Shown: positions 26,139 through 36,187 of the stretch, in pieces
Layout of the letters: every line of letters begins with the position of its first letter
Numbering within the stretch: position 1 is the first letter of the stretch
From: Candidatus Nomurabacteria bacterium
GTDB lineage: Bacteria > Patescibacteriota > Minisyncoccia > Phycocordibacterales > UBA9973
Assembly: GCA_037139835.1 (NCBI GenBank)
Contig: JBAXFQ010000002.1
Coordinates: forward strand, 10,659 to 74,658
DNA length: 64,000 nucleotides
Direction: 5' to 3'
Position numbers and translations under genes: made by a program
Notes under the pieces: model-generated
Seen by the model: the letters and a program-made list of their open reading frames with translations, nothing else
Told to the model about the DNA's origin: nothing
The model's database searches: none

Positions 26139-28322
26139 TTATGCTGGCCATTTTTCTACTATTAATAATTTCTTATTTTCTATAGGAATTATACCCCAAA
26201 TCTCTTCAGTTACGAAAGGCATAAATGGGTGAAGGATTTTGAGTATTTTAGTTAAAGTATCAAGTAAGAATTGAGCTCTTGAATTTTTGTCAGCATCAGT
26301 TCCATTTAGGAATATTTCTTTACTTTCTTCTATAATAACATCTGCAAAGCGAGACCATGTGTATTGATATATTTTTTCACCAACTAGATAGAATTTATAT
26401 TCTTCCATTTCTTTTGTTATGTCTTTGATTAATTCATCTCTTTCTTTTATTAATATATCTTCTCTTTCAGTATAAGAAGGGAAATTCTCTTCGTATTTAA
26501 AGTTTTCGGTGCTACTTAATACAAAGCGAGTTATATTCCAAAGTTTATTGGCGTAGTTTTTGTAAGCTCTTATTTTATCTTCCGACATTTTACTGTCATT
26601 ACCTGGTCCTGTTCCTATGATAAGTGACATACGTACTGAGTCTGTTCCATACTTTGAAGTTAGTTCTAGGGGGTCAAGAGAGTTACCAAGTGACTTACTC
26701 ATTTTTCGCCCCTGTGGGTCTCTGACAAGTCCATGAAGATAAACATTTTTGAATGGTACAACTCCTAGTATATAAGTACTCATGAGTATCATTCTGGCAA
26801 CCCAGAAGAATATGATATCGTAAGCTGTCTCAAGCATATTTGTAGGATGGTATGTTTGAAAGTCTGCTGCATTCAAGTCTGGCCAGCCTAGAGTAGAGAA
26901 AGTCCAAAGACCTGAAGAGAACCAAGTATCTAGAGTATCTTCGTCTTGAGACCATCCTGCTTCTGTCGGTGCTTCAAGTCCACAAAATATTTCTTCTCCT
27001 TTATACCAAACAGGGATTCGATGCCCGTACCATATTTGTCTAGAAATACACCAGTCACGAAGATTTAAAATCCAATTGTAATATACCTTCTCGAATCGGT
27101 CGGGAATTATATTTATATTTTTGCTTTGTACTGCTTCTAGCATTAATTCTTTAAGACTTTTATTTCCTCTCTCTGAAATGGGTTTATTTACATTTATAAA
27201 CCATTGAAGTTTAGGAAGAGGCTCTATTATTCCACCAGTACGCTCAGCAGTAGAGATATTCTGGGTAACTTCTTCTTCTTTTTCTAATAAACCTTCACTG
27301 CTTAACCATTCTACTATTGCAAGCCTTGCGTCTGTTGTTTTCTTGCCTAGAATTCTTTCATCTCCGACTGTCATTTTTGCAAATTCATTTATAACCTGCT
27401 TTGTAGGAAGGTTGTGTCTCATGGCAATTTCTGCATCTATCTGACTATGTGCAGGAGTAACTCCTAAGGCTCCAGTCCCGAATTCTTTTTCGACAGCTTC
27501 GTCAGCAATTATTTTAATCTCTAATTTTACTCCACAGAAATTTTCTATTATATATGTTTTCCCGACATAATCTTTATATCTTTCATCTGTAGGGTTTACG
27601 GCTACTGCGACGTCTCCGACTTTAGTTTCTGGTCTAGTCGTCGAAATAGATATAGGGAAGTCAGAGCTATATTTAAAAGTATAGAATTTAGCTTTTCTTT
27701 CTTCGTAAACTATTTCATCGTCTGATATAACTGTTTGTCCCTTTGGATCCCAGTTTACTATGCGATGACCTCTATATATAATCCCATCATCATACATTTT
27801 CTTGAATGCAGTTCTTACAGCAAAATTTCTTTTTGCATCTAGAGTATAAGCTTCTCTGGACCAATCCAAAGATGCACCCATCTTTTTAGATTGACTTACG
27901 ATAGTGTCATGACTTTCTTGGGCGAACTTTTCAACTCTCTTAAGAAATTCTTCTCTTCCTAAATCTGTTTTTCTTTTACCTTCTTCTTTTTCTAGTATTT
28001 TTTCAACTTTAGATTGAGTTGCTATTGCTGCATGATCTGTACCTGGGAGCCAAAGAGTTCTTTTTCCTTGCATACGAGCAAAACGAATCATAATATCTTC
28101 TATTGTTAGAGTCGCCGCATGGCCTAAGTGTAGAGTCCCTGTGACATTTGGAGGGGGAAGAACCATAGAGAAAGTTTCTGCATTTTTATCAGCTATGCCT
28201 TTTTCTATACAGACATCAGGATTAAAGAATCCACTTTCTTCCCATAGTTTATAAATGCGATCCTCTGTTTCCTTTGGATCGTATGGTTTCAATAATTTAG
28301 GGTCTATATTCGGTTCAATCAT
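26139..28322 (-). CDS. valS: valyl-tRNA synthetase (short form lacking the C-terminal coiled coil)
   Basis: PPPNVTGTLHLGHAAT (HIGH region) and RKMSKSLGNSLDP (KMSKS). Confidence 0.9.
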   Translation of the reverse strand: MIEPNIDPKLLKPYDPKETEDRIYKLWEESGFFNPDVCIEKGIADKNAETFSMVLPPPNVTGTLHLGHAATLTIEDIMIRFARMQGKRTLWLPGTDHAAIATQSKVEKILEKEEGKRKTDLGREEFLKRVEKFAQESHDTIVSQSKKMGASLDWSREAYTLDAKRNFAVRTAFKKMYDDGIIYRGHRIVNWDPKGQTVISDDEIVYEERKAKFYTFKYSSDFPISISTTRPETKVGDVAVAVNPTDERYKDYVGKTYIIENFCGVKLEIKIIADEAVEKEFGTGALGVTPAHSQIDAEIAMRHNLPTKQVINEFAKMTVGDERILGKKTTDARLAIVEWLSSEGLLEKEEEVTQNISTAERTGGIIEPLPKLQWFINVNKPISERGNKSLKELMLEAVQSKNINIIPDRFEKVYYNWILNLRDWCISRQIWYGHRIPVWYKGEEIFCGLEAPTEAGWSQDEDTLDTWFSSGLWTFSTLGWPDLNAADFQTYHPTNMLETAYDIIFFWVARMILMSTYILGVVPFKNVYLHGLVRDPQGRKMSKSLGNSLDPLELTSKYGTDSVRMSLIIGTGPGNDSKMSEDKIRAYKNYANKLWNITRFVLSSTENFKYEENFPSYTEREDILIKERDELIKDITKEMEEYKFYLVGEKIYQYTWSRFADVIIEESKEIFLNGTDADKNSRAQFLLDTLTKILKILHPFMPFVTEEIWGIIPIENKKLLIVEKWPA

Positions 28323-28484
28323 GTATAAAATATAGCACTTTTTAAATAATTATTCAAAAATTGGTAAAATAAAAATAGTCTCTGAAAAATGCCTTGGGAG
28401 GCTGTCGAGCCGAGCACGAGGAATTTTTCAGCAGAAAAATATCCGTGGATTTTGAAGAGAACTATTTTTATGAAGCCTATTTTA

Positions 28485-29777
28485 TTAGAGCGATAAATTT
28501 CCCTGAGCTTTTATGGAATTTATATTTTTTGCAAACTTTTTGTTTTTGGCTTGGAAGTATCCAGCGATGGCTATCATGAGTGCATTGTCGCCAGTGAGAG
28601 TTTTGGAAGGGAAGTGAATTTTAACTTTGAGTTTATTTTCTTTTATTTTTTCAGTCATAGTTTTTTGTAAGTATGAATTCGCTGAGACTCCACCTCCGAC
28701 AATTAAGGTTTGTATTTTGTATTCTTTTATAGCTTTGATAGTTTTATGAACTAGAGTTTCTACAACTGCATCTTCGAATTCTCTAGCAATTTTTTGTTTG
28801 ATATTTATATCTTCTAAAACATTTGAATTTTGAATTTTTAAGTCACGTATCAAGTAAAGTACTGCTGTCTTTAATCCAGAGAATGAAAAATCATAATCCT
28901 TAGAATGAATCATAGGACGGGGGAGAGTGATATCAAGAATCTCACTCGATATATTATTTCCGTCAGCACGCAATAAAACCTTGCTAGATTTTTTGCTAGT
29001 GCTCGGCTCGACAGCCTGTGCAATGCTTCCTGGAACAATATATTCTCGCTCTATTTTTGCTAGCCTTGATATTTCTGGTCCGCCAGGGTAAGGAAGACCC
29101 ATCATGCGAGCCACTTTGTCGAAAGCCTCGCCTGCAGCATCGTCACGAGTTTGTCCTATATTTTTATATTTCATCCAATCTTTGACTAAGACTAGCTCAG
29201 TATGTCCACCTGAGACGAGGAGTGAAAGCATCGGGAACATTTTATCTTCTATCTCAATTGTGAAGTTTTTTGTTTTCTTTGGAAATATAGAAAAGACATG
29301 ACCTTCCATATGATTTACGGGAACTATAGGTATATCCCAATAAATACTTAGTGCTTTTGCAAAGCTGATACCTACCCAAAGTGCTGGCTCAAGTCCTGGT
29401 CCAGTCGTTACGGCTATAGCATCTATGTTTGGCTTTTTAATAAAAGGCATTATACTCATCCATCTGTCTTGTATTTCATTTTCTCTGTCTAGTAATTTAT
29501 TTATTTTATTTTCTAGCTTTGCGTCTGACTGAGCAGTTTTATTTACTTTATACATCTTTGCTTCCTTGAATGTTTTTTCTAGGACTCCTATTATATTTTT
29601 TCCATGTTCTCTTTTAGCCATCATTGGGAAAACTCCTCCATATTGTATATGAAGAGCTATCTGAGAAGAGACTTCATTACCTAGAATTTTGAATTTTATT
29701 TTTTTGCCTTCGTTTTTAACCTCGATTATTGAGATAGCTGTCTCATCACAAGAGGTTTCAATTGCTAAAATTTTCAT
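28485..29777 (-). CDS. tsaD: tRNA N6-adenosine threonylcarbamoyltransferase TsaD (Kae1/YgjD family), with ~35-aa internal insertion
   Basis: MKILAIETSCDETAISII N-terminus; ...GLPYPGGPEI...PRPM...DFSFSGLKTAV conserved blocks; extra segment EREYIVPGSIAQAVEPSTSKKSSKVLLRADGNNISSEILDITL between them; 430 aa vs ~340 usual. Confidence 0.9.
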   Translation of the reverse strand: MKILAIETSCDETAISIIEVKNEGKKIKFKILGNEVSSQIALHIQYGGVFPMMAKREHGKNIIGVLEKTFKEAKMYKVNKTAQSDAKLENKINKLLDRENEIQDRWMSIMPFIKKPNIDAIAVTTGPGLEPALWVGISFAKALSIYWDIPIVPVNHMEGHVFSIFPKKTKNFTIEIEDKMFPMLSLLVSGGHTELVLVKDWMKYKNIGQTRDDAAGEAFDKVARMMGLPYPGGPEISRLAKIEREYIVPGSIAQAVEPSTSKKSSKVLLRADGNNISSEILDITLPRPMIHSKDYDFSFSGLKTAVLYLIRDLKIQNSNVLEDINIKQKIAREFEDAVVETLVHKTIKAIKEYKIQTLIVGGGVSANSYLQKTMTEKIKENKLKVKIHFPSKTLTGDNALMIAIAGYFQAKNKKFAKNINSIKAQGNLSL

Positions 29778-29834
29778 ATTTGCACTATAACATAAGGGTT
29801 TTTATTTGACTACCATTTATGTTAGAATGAATTT

Positions 29835-30413
29835 ATGAACAAAAAGCATATTATAACTATTGCAGGTTCGCTTGGAAGTGGTAAATCTTCCACCGCTAAA
29901 AGAGTCGCAGAAATACTATGTTACACTCACTATTCTACAGGAGACTTTATGCGTTCTATTGCAGATAAAAGAGGCGTCTCTCTTGGAGAATTAAATGTCA
30001 TAGGAGAGATAGATACTTCTATAGATAAAGAACTTGATGATATAAATATAGAAATAGGTAATATGGAAAATGTCGTTCTTGATTCTCGCTTAGGTTTTCA
30101 TTTTATACCAAATGCTTTTAAAGTTTTTCTTGAACTTGATCCTGAAACTGCCTCAGAAAGAATTTTAAAAGATAAAGAAAATAATCCAAATCGAAGTAAG
30201 GAAGCCTCTGGTTCTTTTGATACAAAAGAAAGTATTTTAGAGAAGACTGCTAATCGTCTGTCGAGTGAGCGAAAACGCTATAGGGATTTATATGGTATAG
30301 AAGACCATACTTCACCGGATAACTTCGATATAGTTATAAGCACAAAAGAAATACTACTTGAAGAAGTTTCTAAAAAGGTCGTCCTAGAATACAATAATTG
30401 GCTTAATAAATAA
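29835..30413 (+). CDS. cmk: cytidylate kinase-like nucleoside monophosphate kinase
   Basis: P-loop ITIAGSLGSGKSSTAKRVAE; size and LID-like region consistent with CMP kinase. Confidence 0.65.
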   Translation: MNKKHIITIAGSLGSGKSSTAKRVAEILCYTHYSTGDFMRSIADKRGVSLGELNVIGEIDTSIDKELDDINIEIGNMENVVLDSRLGFHFIPNAFKVFLELDPETASERILKDKENNPNRSKEASGSFDTKESILEKTANRLSSERKRYRDLYGIEDHTSPDNFDIVISTKEILLEEVSKKVVLEYNNWLNK

Positions 30414-30419
30414 AATAAT

Positions 30420-31817
30420 ATGAAAATATTAAACGACATACTCAATGATATAGTGATCCTAGAAACTCATGGCAATATCGATGCTGGAGTTTCTTCTGTT
30501 TCGTTAAATTCTAAAATGATAGAGCCACATTCATTATTTGTAGCTCTTTCTGGTAATGTAGTAGACGGTCATATTTTTATAGATGAAGTAATCGAAAAAG
30601 GGGCTACGACGATAGTATACGAGCATGAACCTAAAGAATTTAAACATGGCATTAATTATATAAAAGTTGCAGATTCTCATAGTGCTATCGGTATTATCGC
30701 AAGTAATTTCTATGACAATCCTTCTCATAAGATGAAGTTAGTCGGCGTGACTGGTACAAGTGGTAAGACGACTACTGCGACTCTACTTCATCAATTATTT
30801 AGAGATTTAGGTCATAAAGTAGGAATGATAGGAACTGTTGTAAATAAAGTAAACGACAAGTCTTATGAAGCTCACCGTACTACCCCAGATGCTGTAACCT
30901 TGAATGAACTTTTAGCAGAGATGGTAGATGATGGATGTGAATATTGTTTTATGGAAGTTTCTTCTCATTCCGTCTCAGAGAAAAGAATTGCAGGTCTTCA
31001 TTTTGTGGGAGGAATATTTACCAATCTAACACTAGATCATTTAGATTACCATAAGACAATGGATGACTATTGTGATGCCAAGAAAGGCTTTTTTGATATT
31101 ATACCTGCAGCAGGTTTCGCTATTTCAAATATAGACGATGAGAGGGGTCAGTATATGCTCTCTACTACCAAGGCGCATACTTATACTTTTAGTTTGAAGA
31201 AAGATGCTGATTTCAATGAACGATTTGAGTCAAAGTTGATAGGAGAATTCAATGCTTATAATTTACTTGGTATCTATGCAGCAGCAGTTTTACTTGGAGA
31301 AGATAAAGGAAAAATTAAAGAAGCATTTAAAAATCTAGAAGCAGTACCTGGCAGGTTCCAGTATTATAAATCTGAAAATGGAGTTACTGGTATCGTTGAC
31401 TATGCTCACAAGCCAGATGCACTTTTGAATGTTTTAAAAACAGCAAATGAAATGAAGGGTAGTGGCAGAGTGATAGCAGTAGTCGGTTGTGGTGGTGATA
31501 GAGATAGAAGTAAGAGACCTATAATGGCCAAAATTGGTTATGATATGAGTGATATTCTTATACTTACATCGGACAATCCTCGCACAGAAAAACCTGAAGA
31601 CATAATAGAAGAAATGATGAAAGGAATAGAAGGGCTACCAAATGAAAAGGTTTACATTCTTCTTGATCGCCGTGAAGCTATATCACAAGCGTGCCTGGAA
31701 GCATTACCAGGAGATATCATTCTGATCGCAGGTAAGGGTCATGAGACTTACCAGGAAGTAAATGGTGTTCAAACTCACTTTGATGATTTAGAAGAATTGC
31801 AAAAATATTTGAAGTAG
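30420..31817 (+). CDS. murE: UDP-N-acetylmuramoyl-L-alanyl-D-glutamate--2,6-diaminopimelate (or L-Lys) ligase MurE
   Basis: VGVTGTSGKTTTATLL ATP-binding motif; MurE-specific DNPR motif (TSDNPRTEKPEDI). Confidence 0.9.
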   Translation: MKILNDILNDIVILETHGNIDAGVSSVSLNSKMIEPHSLFVALSGNVVDGHIFIDEVIEKGATTIVYEHEPKEFKHGINYIKVADSHSAIGIIASNFYDNPSHKMKLVGVTGTSGKTTTATLLHQLFRDLGHKVGMIGTVVNKVNDKSYEAHRTTPDAVTLNELLAEMVDDGCEYCFMEVSSHSVSEKRIAGLHFVGGIFTNLTLDHLDYHKTMDDYCDAKKGFFDIIPAAGFAISNIDDERGQYMLSTTKAHTYTFSLKKDADFNERFESKLIGEFNAYNLLGIYAAAVLLGEDKGKIKEAFKNLEAVPGRFQYYKSENGVTGIVDYAHKPDALLNVLKTANEMKGSGRVIAVVGCGGDRDRSKRPIMAKIGYDMSDILILTSDNPRTEKPEDIIEEMMKGIEGLPNEKVYILLDRREAISQACLEALPGDIILIAGKGHETYQEVNGVQTHFDDLEELQKYLK

Positions 31818-31843
31818 AATAATTTACTTTGTAATAAAATAAA

Positions 31844-33181
31844 ATGACAAATTATAAAAAATTTTTTAAAGATAAGAAGATTACTATAATGGGGTTAGGC
31901 CTTTTGGGAAGAGGAATCGGCTACACTAAATTCTTTGCAGAATGTGGTGCAGATTTGATAGTGACTGACTTAAAGACAGAAGAGCAACTCGCAACATCGG
32001 TAAAAGTTCTGGAAAAATTTTCTAATATCAAATTTGTTTTAGGCGAGCATAGACTGGAAGATTTTAAGGGTAGAGATATGGTTATGAAGGCTGCAGGTGT
32101 GCCACTCGATTCTATTTATATAGAAGAGGCAAGAAAGAATAATATTCCTATTGAGATGGATGTCTCACTTTTTGCCAAGTGTGCTCCTGAGGTTATGATA
32201 ATAGGGGTGACAGGTACAAGAGGTAAGTCTATGACCACAACGCTAATATACGAGATATTGAAAGCCAATGATAAATTTCTTAAGAAGAATGTTTATGTCG
32301 GAGGTAATCTTCGCGGAGTAGCAACATTGCCTTTACTTAAAAAAGTCAAAGCAGGAGACATTTTAGTCTGTGAGCTAGATTCTTGGCAGTTGCAAGGGTT
32401 CGGTGAAGCAAGTATTTCTCCTCATATATCAGTATTTACAACATTTATGCCTGATCATATGAATTACTATAAAGATAGTATGGAAAGATATTTTGAAGAT
32501 AAGGCTAATATTTTTAAATATCAAAACAAGGAGGATATTCTAGTCGTTCGTCCGGGAATGAAGAACTTTATAAATAAAAAAGATTTGAAAAGTAAGTTAT
32601 TGGTAGTTAACCCGAAGATTGTTTCTGATTGGAAGTTTAGTACTCCAGGTAGTCACCAGAGAGAGAATCTAGCTTGTGCTGTAAAAGTTGCTGAAGTTCT
32701 AGGTATTCCAGAAACAAAAATAAAGAAAGCTGTATCTTCTTTTAAAGATCTAGAAGGTCGTCTTCAGCTTTTGAGAGTCTATAAAGGTATCAAAATTTAT
32801 AATGACAATAACGCTACTACTCCAGAAGCTACTATATCTGGCATAGAAGCCTTGAAAGGTACCAAAAAGAATATTATTTTAATATGTGGAGGTGCAGACA
32901 AAAAACTTTCTTTAGATGATTTTGTCAAAGTTGTAAACAAGAATTGTAAGGCCATTGTGATGATACCTGGTACTGGAACTACAAATCTAATTACAAATTA
33001 CAAATTACAAATGAATAATGAAGTTGGTAAGGATTTAAATGATATTATAAAGACTGCACTGAGTCTAGCTTCACGCGGAGATACAGTACTTTTTTCTCCA
33101 GCTTTTGCATCATTTGGAATGTTTAATAATGAATACGAAAGAAATGATTTATTCATGAAGATAATTAAAAGATTGAAATAA
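31844..33181 (+). CDS. murD: UDP-N-acetylmuramoylalanine--D-glutamate ligase MurD
   Basis: IIGVTGTRGKSMTTTLIYEIL; Mur ligase central and C-terminal domains. Confidence 0.9.
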   Translation: MTNYKKFFKDKKITIMGLGLLGRGIGYTKFFAECGADLIVTDLKTEEQLATSVKVLEKFSNIKFVLGEHRLEDFKGRDMVMKAAGVPLDSIYIEEARKNNIPIEMDVSLFAKCAPEVMIIGVTGTRGKSMTTTLIYEILKANDKFLKKNVYVGGNLRGVATLPLLKKVKAGDILVCELDSWQLQGFGEASISPHISVFTTFMPDHMNYYKDSMERYFEDKANIFKYQNKEDILVVRPGMKNFINKKDLKSKLLVVNPKIVSDWKFSTPGSHQRENLACAVKVAEVLGIPETKIKKAVSSFKDLEGRLQLLRVYKGIKIYNDNNATTPEATISGIEALKGTKKNIILICGGADKKLSLDDFVKVVNKNCKAIVMIPGTGTTNLITNYKLQMNNEVGKDLNDIIKTALSLASRGDTVLFSPAFASFGMFNNEYERNDLFMKIIKRLK

Positions 33182-33184
33182 TAT

Positions 33185-33793
33185 ATGAATAAAAAACAAA
33201 TTATTTTTATAGGAGGTGGTAATTCATTTGAGAAAAAAGGAGATTTTTATGAGTATCTTAGGTCCTATCAGATAGATTTGAATAGTAAAGATGAAAAATG
33301 GAATGATTTATTGGCAAAAGAATTAGGAGATGGATATGAATTAATTAAGCCAGTGATGCCATCAAAAGACGAAGCTGATTATAATGCTTGGAAAATATGG
33401 TTCGAAAAGCATTTTAGTTTTATTTATGATGAGAATCCTATTCTAATAGGGTATTCTCTTGGAGGGACTTTTCTTTTAAAATATTTATCTGAAAATAAAT
33501 TTATTAAAAATATTTCACAGCTTCATCTTATCGGACCTTTTGTTGAAAACGACGAATCTCTTTCAAAGTTAATGAGTTTTGAATTTGATATTAGTAAGAT
33601 TAATACTATTTCTAATTTGTGTGATGAAATGCATCTCTGGTATTCAGAGGATGATTATATTGTCCCATACAGAAATTCAGAACTTGTGAAGAGAAATTTA
33701 CCAGAGATTGAGTCTCATGTTTTTAATAATAGAGGCCATTTCTTCCAGTCATCATTTCCTGAATTGTTAGAAGTTATAAATAACGCAAAGTAA
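33185..33793 (+). CDS. serine hydrolase, YdeN/RBBP9-like alpha/beta hydrolase
   Basis: Nucleophile elbow GYSLGG; ~200 aa; resembles the Ser_hydrolase family. Confidence 0.5.
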   Translation: MNKKQIIFIGGGNSFEKKGDFYEYLRSYQIDLNSKDEKWNDLLAKELGDGYELIKPVMPSKDEADYNAWKIWFEKHFSFIYDENPILIGYSLGGTFLLKYLSENKFIKNISQLHLIGPFVENDESLSKLMSFEFDISKINTISNLCDEMHLWYSEDDYIVPYRNSELVKRNLPEIESHVFNNRGHFFQSSFPELLEVINNAK

Positions 33794-33794
33794 T

Positions 33795-34580
33795 ATGGAA
33801 AAGTTTTCATTTAAAAATAAAAAAGATTTAGAAATAGTGGGAGAATTACATATTCCTAAATATCCAATCGGACTTGTTTATATTGAACATGGATCTGGTG
33901 GGCACAAAGGTCAAGTGTCTATAGTTGCTACTGTTGATACTTTTTACAAGAATAATTATATAGTTATTAATTTTGATGCTACAAATTCTATCGGAGAAAG
34001 TGGGGGTAAGTATGAAGATGCAACAATGCAACTTCATTATGAAGATTTAGTCGATGTTATTGAATGGTCAAAAAGCCAATCCTGGTATCAGGAACCGTTT
34101 ACGTTATCTGGATCAAGCTTAGGTGGATACTCTGTAATAAGATATGCAGAAGAATATCCTGATTTGGTTAGAGCCGTAGTTGCTAAAGCCCCTGTAGTGT
34201 CTGGAAAATTGTTTATTGAAACTTATGAAAAGTTTAATCCAGAAATTTTAAAAAATTGGAAAGAAACAGGTTGGTTAGAAAGAGAAAGTGTGTCTAAACC
34301 TGGTTTAGTAAAAAGATTACCATGGTCATATATGGAAGAACAGTTAAGTCATGACCTCATACCAGGTGTTTCAAAATTAATTATGCCAGTACTTATAGTT
34401 GTTGGTGAAAATGATATAACTTGCCCATTGAATGTCCAAAAAATATTTTTTAATTTATTACCTAAAAATAAAGATAATGAATTAATGATTATAAAAGGAG
34501 CACCACATACTTTCAAAGACGAGAATCATATTATTGAATTTAAAAATATATTAGATAAATGGTTAAAGAAATTAAAATAA
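33795..34580 (+). CDS. alpha/beta-fold hydrolase
   Basis: GxSxG motif LSGSSLGGYSV; downstream Asp/His candidates (GENDITCP...APHTF). Confidence 0.6.
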   Translation: MEKFSFKNKKDLEIVGELHIPKYPIGLVYIEHGSGGHKGQVSIVATVDTFYKNNYIVINFDATNSIGESGGKYEDATMQLHYEDLVDVIEWSKSQSWYQEPFTLSGSSLGGYSVIRYAEEYPDLVRAVVAKAPVVSGKLFIETYEKFNPEILKNWKETGWLERESVSKPGLVKRLPWSYMEEQLSHDLIPGVSKLIMPVLIVVGENDITCPLNVQKIFFNLLPKNKDNELMIIKGAPHTFKDENHIIEFKNILDKWLKKLK

Positions 34581-34584
34581 ATTT

Positions 34585-34824
34585 ATGAAAAAATTAGAAA
34601 TAGGAGCAATATATAAGCATTATAAGGGGACTAAGGTAAAAGTTCTAGGTGAAGCTATACATAGTGAGACAATTGAGCCTATGGTTATTTATATGCATTT
34701 AGAGGATAGTGCAACTTGGGTCCGTCCAAAGAAAATGTTTCTAGAAAATATCCTTATAAAAGGTAAGAAGGTTGAAAGATTTCAGAAAATTAAACAAGGT
34801 ATTTTAATAAAGCCTAAGAAATAA
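34585..34824 (+). CDS. DUF1653-like small protein
   Basis: IYKHYKGTKVKVLGEAIHSETIEPMVIYMHLED resembles the DUF1653 signature (YRHYKG...H.ET). Confidence 0.45.
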   Translation: MKKLEIGAIYKHYKGTKVKVLGEAIHSETIEPMVIYMHLEDSATWVRPKKMFLENILIKGKKVERFQKIKQGILIKPKK

Positions 34825-34828
34825 ACAT

Positions 34829-36157
34829 ATGGATATAGATTTATCAAAAATAAAAAATGTTCACTTTATAGGTATTGGGGGTATAGGGGTTTCAGCTGTG
34901 GCTCGGATGATGGTTTTTGCCGATGCAAATGTGACCGGCCAAGATATGCAAGAGGGTGAAATAGTCAATGAACTCAAGAAACTTGGGGTTTCTATAACGA
35001 TAGGGCAGTCTTTTGAGAATATTCCAGATGATACAGAATTAGTTGTTTATACTGTTGCTATCGAGACTTATGATAAAGAACTTTTTGATAAACTAAAGAA
35101 TGAAAAAAGATTTGCAATCCGTTCTTATCCAGAGATGTTAGGCATAATAAGTAGTGACAAGTATACGATTGCTGTATGTGGAACTCACGGTAAGACAACG
35201 ACGACAGGTATGATAGCGGAGATTTTGAGAGGTGCTGATTATGACCCGACAGTTATAGTTGGTAGCTTACTAAAAGATACTGATGGGTCCCGAACAAATT
35301 TTATCGGAGGGAAGAGCAATTATTTTGTAGTTGAAGCTTGTGAGTATCGTAGATCTTTTTTAAAGATTAATCCAAATATTTTAGTGATTACAAATATAGA
35401 TGAGGATCATTTAGATTATTATAGAGATATTGAAGATATAAAAAATGCCTTCCGTGCTATGGCTATGAAAGTTCCAGAGGATGGATTTGTAATTTGTAAT
35501 CCTTCAGATAAAAATATAGCAGATGTTATTAAAGATATAAAAGCAAAAGTAATTAATTGGCATGAATATTATAATAATGAATTAAAATTAAAAATTCCAG
35601 GAATTCACAACAAGAAAGATGCAGCAGCGGCTATATCAGCAGGAGTTTCAGTAGGAATTTCTAAAGAAAAAGTAGAAGCAAATGTTTGTAATTTCCCTGG
35701 CACTTGGAGAAGGTTTGAATTTAAAGGACAACTTCCAAATGGTGTTTTAGTCTATGATGATTATGCTCATCATCCTTTGGAGATTACCTCTACTTTGCAA
35801 GGTTTTAGAGAATTATATTCTAAGGAAGACGGCTGGAATATTACGGTAGTTTTTCAACCTCATTTATTTTCAAGAACTAAGTTGCTGTTGAATGATTTTG
35901 CTCAAAGTTTTAAAGATGCAGATCAGGTTATGCTTTTACCTATATATTATGCTCGAGAGGTGGACGACGGTACTATATCTTCAGAAATTCTAGAATTTGA
36001 GATCAATAAATATAGTGATAATGCAGAATCTTTTAAGGATTTCAGTAAATTAGAGAAAAATATACTTATAAGACTTGAGAAAATGGGAGGCAAGGATGTT
36101 GTTGTTACTATGGGTGCGGGAGAAGCCTTTAAAATAGGTGATTTTATATTGAAATAA
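34829..36157 (+). CDS. murC: UDP-N-acetylmuramate--L-alanine ligase MurC
   Basis: HFIGIGGIGVSAVARMM and IAVCGTHGKTTTTGMIAEIL. Confidence 0.9.
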   Translation: MDIDLSKIKNVHFIGIGGIGVSAVARMMVFADANVTGQDMQEGEIVNELKKLGVSITIGQSFENIPDDTELVVYTVAIETYDKELFDKLKNEKRFAIRSYPEMLGIISSDKYTIAVCGTHGKTTTTGMIAEILRGADYDPTVIVGSLLKDTDGSRTNFIGGKSNYFVVEACEYRRSFLKINPNILVITNIDEDHLDYYRDIEDIKNAFRAMAMKVPEDGFVICNPSDKNIADVIKDIKAKVINWHEYYNNELKLKIPGIHNKKDAAAAISAGVSVGISKEKVEANVCNFPGTWRRFEFKGQLPNGVLVYDDYAHHPLEITSTLQGFRELYSKEDGWNITVVFQPHLFSRTKLLLNDFAQSFKDADQVMLLPIYYAREVDDGTISSEILEFEINKYSDNAESFKDFSKLEKNILIRLEKMGGKDVVVTMGAGEAFKIGDFILK

Positions 36158-36187
36158 AATATCATAATTATGATATAATATTAGTAT

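Noticed and set aside
28394-28579. ORF 28394..28579 (+) across the valS-tsaD intergenic region
   Set aside because: Runs antisense into the tsaD 3' end; no RBS; the region is better explained as a 5' UTR or terminator area containing the 19-nt repeat.
29104-36165. Antisense ORFs 29104..29301, 30534..30728, 33846..34037, 35947..36165
   Set aside because: Lie opposite tsaD, murE, the hydrolase gene and murC respectively; no independent support.
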